A stretch of 63,140 nt of DNA, filler included, from Octopus bimaculoides (taxonomy: Eukaryota): NCBI RefSeq assembly GCF_001194135.2. It is 7 parts of 4 records of this genome, joined end to end, with 100 filler letters (N's around TTAATTAATTAA, not from the genome) between each part and the next. Parts side by side here need not be neighbours in the genome. Positions count along the whole stretch, not along the records: positions 52,705 to 56,393 come from NC_068987.1; positions 56,494 to 58,227 come from NC_068989.1; positions 58,328 to 60,728 come from NC_068997.1; positions 60,829 to 63,140 come from NC_068989.1; 3 more parts are not named here. One strand, given 5' to 3'. Each line of letters starts with the position of its first letter. Position 1 is the first letter of the stretch. The notes beneath the pieces are model-generated. The model was not told where the DNA came from, ran no database searches, and saw nothing but the letters and a program-made list of their open reading frames with translations. Shown piece by piece: positions 54,690-63,140 of this stretch. The translations under genes were made by a program, and so were the position numbers.

Positions 54690-55994
54690 NNNNNNNNNNN
54701 NNNNNNNNNNNNNNNNNNNNNNNNNNNNNNNNNNNNNNNNNNNNNNNNNNNNNNNNNNNNNNNNNNNNNNNNNNNNNNNNNNNNNNNNNNNNNNNNNNNN
54801 NNNNNNNNNNNNNNNNNNNNNNNNNNNNNNNNNNNNNNNNNNNNNNNNNNNNNNNNNNNNNNNNNNNNNNNNNNNNNNNNNNNNNNNNNNNNNNNNNNNN
54901 NNNNNNNNNNNNNNNNNNNNNNNNNNNNNNNNNNNNNNNNNNNNNNNNNNNNNNNNNNNNNNNNNNNNNNNNNNNNNNNNNNNNNNNNNNNNNNNNNNNN
55001 NNNNNNNNNNNNNNNNNNNNNNNNNNNNNNNNNNNNNNNNNNNNNNNNNNNNNNNNNNNNNNNNNNNNNNNNNNNNNNNNNNNNNNNNNNNNNNNNNNNN
55101 NNNNNNNNNNNNNNNNNNNNNNNNNNNNNNNNNNNNNNNNNNNNNNNNNNNNNNNNNNNNNNNNNNNNNNNNNNNNNNNNNNNNNNNNNNNNNNNNNNNN
55201 NNNNNNNNNNNNNNNNNNNNNNNNNNNNNNNNNNNNNNNNNNNNNNNNNNNNNNNNNNNNNNNNNNNNNNNNNNNNNNNNNNNNNNNNNNNTAGAGACGA
55301 AGTTGCATGTGATTTTTCGAAAATATTTCATTGTATACACTTACAAATTTGCCTTTGATGTAATTTAAACACCAAAATATGTATCAGTGACCAGTATTTT
55401 TGAAAAACGGAAATGTTGGAAAATTCATCCTTTGAAAATCCAGATCTGAGCTTCGTTTAATGTCATCAAGCTTAGCTAATATATATCAACTGTCAGCTTT
55501 TAATGAATCTCATAAAATATTCTTTCTTATCGTTTCTCATGGGAGAAATTTTAGGTGATAGAAAATAGGATATTCTGACGTTTATATTTTCACCAATAGT
55601 AAAGGCGTGACTGCAAGGCAAGAGGAATGGACGTGCTAATGGACTGAGTATGCTCTAGTAAGCTGCGTTTTAGCCCCGTGTCGCAGAAGCGTGGTAACTT
55701 TTTTACATGTCTGATCTGGAGGGAAACATTCTGTCTGTGAATTTTGCAAGTGAAATTAAATCTTTGCCTATACAAACTGCTGTTTTTTTTTTCATAAGTG
55801 TGACCTAAACGTCCATGCTTGTTTTCAAGCGGTTTTTGAGCCTTTGTTTCATATGTTCTGAGCAATATAAAGCTTTCATTTCATGAGTCTCAAGTTACTC
55901 AGACGGTCGCGGAAAACTTGCGAATATGTATCACATATAATGCAAGAATGCCAGAGAAATAAGTCAAGTGTGTCACATATGATACACAAGTGAA

Positions 55995-56125
55995 GACGCC
56001 TAGATTAATGGTTAGAGTATTCGGCTCACGACTTTAAGGTCATGAGTTCGATTCCTGCCGGCACATTGTGTTCTTGAGAGAGACATTTACTTTCACGTTG
56101 CTATTGTCTAGTCGGCTGGTAAAAG
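55995..56125 (+). mobile_element. Meta-like tRNA SINE head
   Basis: taatggttagagtattcggctcacg..gagttcgattcc..tgtgttcttgagagagacattt. Confidence 0.65.
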
Positions 56126-56218
56126 TAAAGAATTAGACTTATTTGCAAAATGTCGGATTTGTGACACCTTCTCGCCTGTGGTTTTTTGAGTTAATGTAAT
56201 CTAAGTTTACTCTATTAA

Positions 56219-56253
<35 letters not shown>

Positions 56254-56958
56254 TGTGTGTGTGTATGTGTGTGTGTGTGTAACAAAGTTGTAAGATACCG
56301 CACGAGTGGAAATATATATGAAAGAAGGTTTTAAAATGCAATCTTTAAAATTGCATTTTAAAACCTTCTTTCATATATATATATATATATATTNNNNNNN
56401 NNNNNNNNNNNNNNNNNNNNNNNNNNNNNNNNNNNNNTTAATTAATTAANNNNNNNNNNNNNNNNNNNNNNNNNNNNNNNNNNNNNNNNNNNNGCGTGCT
56501 AACCTTTCTGCCAGCTCCCCACGCCTTACTATTTCATTAAATCCCGAACAAGACTCAACCGTCAAAAGAAGAAGAAGAAAAAAAATCACGACTGATTCAC
56601 ATAATAAATATTCTTTAAATTATTCATATTCAGAAGAAGGAAAACAGAAATCGTCTGCCCACGGTTTAATTGGTTTGGTTCATAATGTAAATGAAACCAG
56701 CGACAAAACCCATTCAAAATTTCTGTCCCTAATTGGAGTTCAACTCGCTGCTTTTTCCTTCTTTATTTTCCGTCTAATATTTTCTCACTTCCGCTCTCTT
56801 CCCCCCCCCCGCCACCTCACCTCACACCTATACTCACTTTTTCACTTGTTCCTCAGTCAGTCTTTACTCCACCTCATCTAGACGCCACTTGATTTTCAGC
56901 TCGTAATAATCTATTCCTTCTTTCACCCTTCGCCAACTATTACACTTTGGCAGGACAA

Positions 56959-57016
<58 letters not shown>

Positions 57017-57469
57017 TTATCTATGTATGTATGTATGTATGTATGTATGTATATGTGCAAATCTGAATGTTTTGTTTTGTGTATGTATTCTCATGCATAT
57101 AGCTACTACATATAGCTGCTTATATATACTTAAATGATTAACTTCTGGAAAGTTTTACCCATTTTTACAGTTCCAGTGATGGATTGGATCTGTAGTCTTC
57201 GAAGTTTAGACATATATGTTTTACGCGAGAAGACGCCAAGGATCTCAGTAACCTCGGACAAGACAAAATGGTTCTTGTTGGATTCGTTGTCTATGGATAC
57301 GACAGACAAACTCTATGAAGAAACACACTCTGTGCTTTATTCCTAAGTAACTGTCCTTACTATTAGGATAAGTAAACCCCCAACCCTTTTGTCTACCTGC
57401 CTATCTATCAATCCATCTAGCCATCTAGGCCTTTAGACGTCCATCCATCCATCCGTCCGTCCGTCCATC

Positions 57470-57513
<44 letters not shown>

Positions 57514-57685
57514 GTCTGCCTGTCTTTCTGCCTGTCTGTCTGTCTGTCTGTCTGCCTGTCTATCCGCCTGTCTGTCTATCTGTCTGTCTATCTGTTTACC
57601 TATCTATCTGTTTGTCTGTATATATATATCTATCCATCCATCCAGCCAGCCAGCCATTCATCCATCAATCAATCCATCCATCCGT

Positions 57686-57737
<52 letters not shown>

Positions 57738-57746
57738 ACACACTCT

Positions 57747-58036
57747 CTCACAGTATCACCATATCGACCAGATTATCAGATGTTGTTTGTTACACATCGC
57801 TGGTCACAATGCGTTTCCTCCCACTGTTGTAGCATTCGAATGATGCTACCCGGCTGGCGAGGCGGGCGGGTCAACATTCCGCCTGAACCGAACACCAATC
57901 CGTCACAGGGTTACTCATCCGTAGCTGTGTGAACAGGAACAATGTGAAATGAAGTGTTTTGCTTAAGAATGCAATGCACCGCTGGTCTGGGGATCGAAAC
58001 CAGCATATTGCGTTCGTGAATACAACACGTTCACCA
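57747..58036 (-). mobile_element. tRNA SINE with Meta-like domain and a different 3' tail
   Basis: gtgaaatgaagtgttttgcttaagaatgcaatgcaccgc..ggggatcgaaacc on the + strand is the reverse of a head plus central domain. Confidence 0.6.
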
Positions 58037-58161
58037 TTATATAAACACATATATACGTGTGTGTGTATGTGTGTGTATGCATGTGTGCTTATGTATATGT
58101 GTGTATGTGTGTGTATATATATATGTATATGTATATGTATATATATGTTTATGTGTGTTTG

Positions 58162-58197
<36 letters not shown>

Positions 58198-58633
58198 TAC
58201 ATACATACATACATATATATGTATATANNNNNNNNNNNNNNNNNNNNNNNNNNNNNNNNNNNNNNNNNNNNTTAATTAATTAANNNNNNNNNNNNNNNNN
58301 NNNNNNNNNNNNNNNNNNNNNNNNNNNTATATGGGTAGATAGATAGATAGATAAATAGATAGAGAGAGAGAGAAAGAGATGTATGTATGTATGTATGTAT
58401 GCATGTATCTGTAGGTGTGTTTATTGTGTTTATGTATGCGTATTTATTTATATGCTACACGTGTATTGTGCTTTGCCCTGCTACTTTTCACAAATCCTGT
58501 CAAACTTTACTGGTGTGTGTTGTGTATATGAATGTATATGTCTGTGTATATGCACATACACAGACATACATAAATACACACATATGGATGCATATATACA
58601 TGTATGTATTATATATGTATATATATGCATATA

Positions 58634-58675
<42 letters not shown>

Positions 58676-59582
58676 NNNNNNNNNNNNNNNNNNNNNNNNN
58701 NNNNNNNNNNNNNNNNNNNNNNNNNNNNNNNNNNNNNNNNNNNNNNNNNNNNNNNNNNNNNNNNNNNNNNNNNNNNNNNNNNNNNNNNNNNNNNNNNNNN
58801 NNNNNNNNNNNNNNNNNNNNNNNNNNNNNNNNNNNNNNNNNNNNNNNNNNNNNNNNNNNNNNNNNNNNNNNNNNNNNNNNNNNNNNNNNNNNNNNNNNNN
58901 NNNNNNNNNNNNNNNNNNNNNNNNNNNNNNNNNNNNNNNNNNNNNNNNNNNNNNNNNNNNNNNNNNNNNNNNNNNNNNNNNNNNNNNNNNNNNNNNNNNN
59001 NNNNNNNNNNNNNNNNNNNNNNNNNNNNNNNNNNNNNNNNNNNNNNNNNNNNNNNNNNNNNNNNNNNNNNNNNNNNNNNNNNNNNNNNNNNNNNNNNNNN
59101 NNNNNNNNNNNNNNNNNNNNNNNNNNNNNNNNNNNNNNNNNNNNNNNNNNNNNNNNNNNNNNNNNNNNNNNNNNNNNNNNNNNNNNNNNNNNNNNNNNNN
59201 NNNNNNNNNNNNNNNNNNNNNNNNNNNNNNNNNNNNNNNNNNNNNNNNNNNNNNNNNNNNNNNNNNNNNNNNNNNNNNNNNNNNNNNNNNNNNNNNNNNN
59301 NNNNNNNNNNNNNNNNNNNNNNNNNNNNNNNNNNNNNNNNNNNNNNNNNNNNNNNNNNNNNNNNNNNNNNNNNNNNNNNNNNNNNNNNNNNNNNNNNNNN
59401 NNNNNNNNNNNNNNNNNNNNNNNNNNNNNNNNNNNNNNNNNNNNNNNNNNNNNNNNNNNNNNNNNNNNNNNNNNNNNNNNNNNNNNNNNNNNNNNNNNNN
59501 NNNNNNNNNNNNNNNNNNNNNNNNNNNNNNNNNNNNNNNNNNNNNNNNNNNNNNNNNNNNNNNNNNNNNNNNNNNNNNNNNN

Positions 59583-59632
<50 letters not shown>

Positions 59633-60326
59633 CATGATGATGAAGAAGAGGTGGAGAAGGGTGATGATGGATATGATGATGATGATATGATGATGATAGT
59701 GTTGATGATGATATGTTGATGAAGAGGAGGGGCTGGAGGAAGGGGTGATGATGATGATGAGGAGGAGGAGGAGGAGGAGGAGGAGGAAGTGAAAGAGGAG
59801 GAAGCTGCTGCTGATGATGATGTTCATGATCATGATCATGACGATGACGACGACAACGGTGATGATGTGAGATGGTGATGATGATGGTGATGATGATGGT
59901 GATGACGAAGATGCGAAGGAGACCTAATGAAGATTGTCTTAATGATGGTGCTAAAACCGGGATGTGGCGTGGGGCACGTTGCTTGCCGTAGTTGTGGTAG
60001 TAATGATGGTGATGGTGGTGTGGCGACAATGCGAGTTTGGAATGTGGCGGTGGAGAAAATGCGGTGAGGACAACGAAAAGGAAGATAATTCTGGTTGTAA
60101 TGATGAGGATGTGGACAACGGTAACGGGATGTGATATGCAAGAAGGAACGGAGCTGGGATGAATTGGGAACAATGCTGGATGATGACGATGGTGATGATG
60201 ATGATGATGACGACGAGGATGATGATGATGAGGTGGAGGAGAAGGACGGGTAAATGATGATGAGGGGTGGATGATGATGACGATGATGACGAGGAGGAGG
60301 AGGAGGATGTGATGATGATGATGATG

Positions 60327-60376
<50 letters not shown>

Positions 60377-60378
60377 AG
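59583..60378. repeat. Degenerate (GAT/GAG)n trinucleotide tract
   Basis: Direct reading of the sequence. Confidence 0.9.
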
Positions 60379-60508
60379 AGACTTGATATTAAAATTTTAC
60401 TGATTTGGTTACTTCATTGTTAAGTAGACCTTGTCGTTTCTTTCGGTCTTTGTCGTCCTCCTTCATAAGAAAATAAATTTATCTACCTATATATATCCAC
60501 CTACTTAC

Positions 60509-60547
<39 letters not shown>

Positions 60548-60870
60548 CCTACCTTATTTTTCTCCTTTTTTTTCTATTTTCAAAAAAAGGAAAGGCTCTA
60601 CAACTGAACAGCCTACTCGTAAAATTAACGTGCAAGTGGCTGAGCACTCCACAGACACGTGTACCCTTAACGTAGTTCTCGGTGAGATTCAGCGTGACAC
60701 AGAGTGTGACAAGGCTGGACCTTTGAAANNNNNNNNNNNNNNNNNNNNNNNNNNNNNNNNNNNNNNNNNNNNTTAATTAATTAANNNNNNNNNNNNNNNN
60801 NNNNNNNNNNNNNNNNNNNNNNNNNNNNATAAATACATATATATTATAGATATATATATATATATGTATG

Positions 60871-60908
<38 letters not shown>

Positions 60909-60910
<2 letters not shown>

Positions 60911-61200
60911 CGCAGGAGTGGCTGTGTGGTAAGTAACTTGCTTACCAACCACATACTTCCGGTTTCATTCCCACTGCATGACATCTTGCGCAAGTGTCTT
61001 CTACTATAGCCTCGGGCCGACCAAAGCCTTGTGAGTGGATTTGGTGGACGGAAACTGAAAGAAGCTCGTCGTATATATGTATATATGTGTATGTATGTGT
61101 GTCTGTGTTTGTCTCCCCAGTATCGCTTGACAACCGATGGTGGTGTGTTTATGTTCCCGTAACTTAGCGGTTCGGCAAAAGAAACCGATAGAATAAGTAC
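60909..61200 (+). mobile_element. CORE-like tRNA SINE, 3'-truncated
   Basis: ggcgcaggagtggctgtgtggtaagta..ccggtttcattcccactgcatgacatcttgcgcaagtgtcttctactatagcctcgggccgacc. Confidence 0.85.
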
Positions 61201-61586
61201 AGTGGTGCAGACGTATCTTGTTGGGTGATAAATAAATAAAAAAACTCGTTAAAATGACTGTTCCATAATGCAACTTTCCATTTTGTAGAGAAAAACAGCC
61301 AGATGGAGGAAAATTTTTCATATATATATATATAGAAGATCCAAAAATAAAATTGCAGAAGACAAAAAGAGAAACGAACACTTAATTCAGCGAGAAAAGT
61401 ATTGAAAATAACCATTAACAGATATGTATGTATAAATGCCCTCGGGCAAGCTGCATGGCATGAGTACACACACTCATGCAAGCATTAGCAAAAGTGTGAG
61501 CATACACACACGCGAGGTTAGGCGCACTCATGATTACAAAGTGAGTTAGATATTTAGTAGGTGTTTAGAAGAATGGGGAGGTTTAA

Positions 61587-61806
61587 CCCTTTAGTGTTCA
61601 GATTAATTTGTCAAAAGTAATCCTTATTTATTCACATTTCAAAAAATTTATCTGATATTATTTTGTAGCTTCAAGATAGGAAAGATGTAATTGCTTATTT
61701 TTAGAATGACATTGCAGGGTAGGTGTGTGAGGCTAGTTCTGGCCAGTTTGAGCATAAAATGTGTTGAATATTTGGGCCGGATACAGCCGGTTTAAACACT
61801 AAAGGG
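61587..61806. mobile_element. piggyBac-type MITE
   Basis: TTAA-ccctttagtgtt ... aacactaaaggg-TTAA, giving 12-bp TIRs that start CCC and a TTAA target duplication. Confidence 0.85.
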
Positions 61807-61870
61807 TTAAAGTAAATTTAAGTCATCCATACCTTAAAGTAAAATAAAATTACACTAAGTTAACAGTTAC

Positions 61871-62710
61871 TCAAAATACATTCTCACTGCATAGTGCGAA
61901 AGTACATTTATATGCGTGTAGGCATTTCGATAGTCTTTCAGAAATTCTATTAAGTATCTTTTTGTTAGTCCACAGAAGAGACAGGGATTCCTTGGAGCAG
62001 AGACGGCATCTTCTGAAAATTGCACTGTATGGTTTTGCATGTCTAACTATGGACCAAGTAATGTAGTATTTCATATTAGCGTCCTTCAGTTGCCATATAA
62101 AATCTGCCAAAGATGTCAAATGTCTCTTATTGATTGACCTAAAGCTGGTAACATGATTACGATAATGATTCTTAAATGAATCAGCCGTCTGCCCAATGTA
62201 AACATAGGACCATCCCCTTGTGTGCATGATACATTTATATACAAGATTTGTACTCATACAGAGATTCATCAAAGGACATTTTGATTTATCTCTGCATGAG
62301 CATTTATCGTTTTTATTTGGATATAAAGCAGTCCTGATTTCATTTACCGGCGTTATTATCATGCTGGCTGTACCATGAGTATTTCTACTACTACAAGTTG
62401 GTCGAAGTTGATGATTATCAATGCAGCTTACATCTCCTTGGTTGGCATTTAGATGTAAATGCTTGCTATATCCAGTAGGTGGGTTACTGAACCTTTGTCG
62501 CATTTTGCCATTGTTTATGCGATGCATAAGCTGCTCCAAATTAGCAGAGTTAGCGTACGATACCTTCACGGTGTGCCGATTAAAAATAGCATAGTACCGA
62601 TTGGATTTAGGAAAACACTTGTCCAAAGCAGCAAAAAATTTTCCAGTGATCTTGGTTGAAATATGAAAACCGAAAATATATGTTATTCGCCATGACTGAT
62701 TGCTAGCCAT
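61871..62710 (-). CDS. Uninterrupted 279-aa ORF: PLE C-terminal linker plus GIY-YIG endonuclease, no RT
   Basis: ATG at 62710 to TGA at 61871. Motifs are KFF..LDKCFP..IFNRHTVKVSY, CSC..CPL..C, LVYKC..YVYIGQT, CRLC..E, LNR..E..KCLH. Confidence 0.8.
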   Translation of the reverse strand: MASNQSWRITYIFGFHISTKITGKFFAALDKCFPKSNRYYAIFNRHTVKVSYANSANLEQLMHRINNGKMRQRFSNPPTGYSKHLHLNANQGDVSCIDNHQLRPTCSSRNTHGTASMIITPVNEIRTALYPNKNDKCSCRDKSKCPLMNLCMSTNLVYKCIMHTRGWSYVYIGQTADSFKNHYRNHVTSFRSINKRHLTSLADFIWQLKDANMKYYITWSIVRHAKPYSAIFRRCRLCSKESLSLLWTNKKILNRISERLSKCLHAYKCTFALCSENVF

Positions 62711-62895
62711 TAAACCTTTTTTTATTTTCCCTCTCTGCTTATTTCTGTTTTCCTTTCTGTTGAAAAGCGTAGGCTCAAAACATAAAAGACTTTCTCACTT
62801 CCCGAGCATTAAACTAATACATCTGTTTCTTGTTTAAACACCCATCTTCATCTTTTGTTTTGTTTTCTTGTAAATTCCAACTATAATATTATAGA

Positions 62896-63032
62896 TGCAT
62901 ATCATCATCATCATCATCGTTTAACGTCCGCTTTCCATGCTAGCATGGGTTGGACGATTTGACTGAGGACTGGTGAAACCGGATGGCAACACCAGGCTCC
63001 AATCTGATTTGGCAGAGTTTCTACAGCTGGAT
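62896..63032 (-). mobile_element. RTE LINE 3' tail fragment with (CAT)n
   Basis: catcatcatcgtttaacgtccgctttccatgctagcatgggttggac matches 3590-3715. Confidence 0.85.
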
Positions 63033-63095
63033 GTAATATATATATATATATATATTATACCTATATGCATATATATCTATATATATCTATTATAG

Positions 63096-63140
<45 letters not shown>

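Noticed and set aside
55590-55865. 91-aa minus-strand ORF with ordinary composition
   Set aside because: There is no recognisable motif or convincing splice context.
41069-60173. Long ORFs in the track (for example 489, 557, 452 and 435 aa)
   Set aside because: They consist of X from gaps plus YIYI, HTHT or CVCV microsatellite translations.

Overview
AT-rich, microsatellite-laden animal draft-genome scaffold with many N gaps. The SINE/LINE repertoire and repeat style look like an octopus (cephalopod) assembly; this is inference, not a search result. No host protein-coding gene can be supported. Most listed ORFs are artefacts of (AT)n, (CA)n, (GATA)n, (ACC)n or (GAT)n repeats, or run through gaps. 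The recognisable content is transposon-derived: a near full-length decayed RTE LINE (3580-8342, minus), a complete decayed Tc1 DD34E element with 38-bp TIRs (8362-9621), mariner and pogo-like relics, hAT, piggyBac and mariner MITEs, two fold-back elements, three tRNA-derived SINE families, and several Penelope-like element (PLE) pieces. The most interesting signals are an uninterrupted 279-aa GIY-YIG endonuclease-only PLE ORF (61871-62710), three hammerhead-ribozyme-like motifs (one inside a 295-bp-period direct repeat, one stand-alone) and a 917-bp modular fold-back element.
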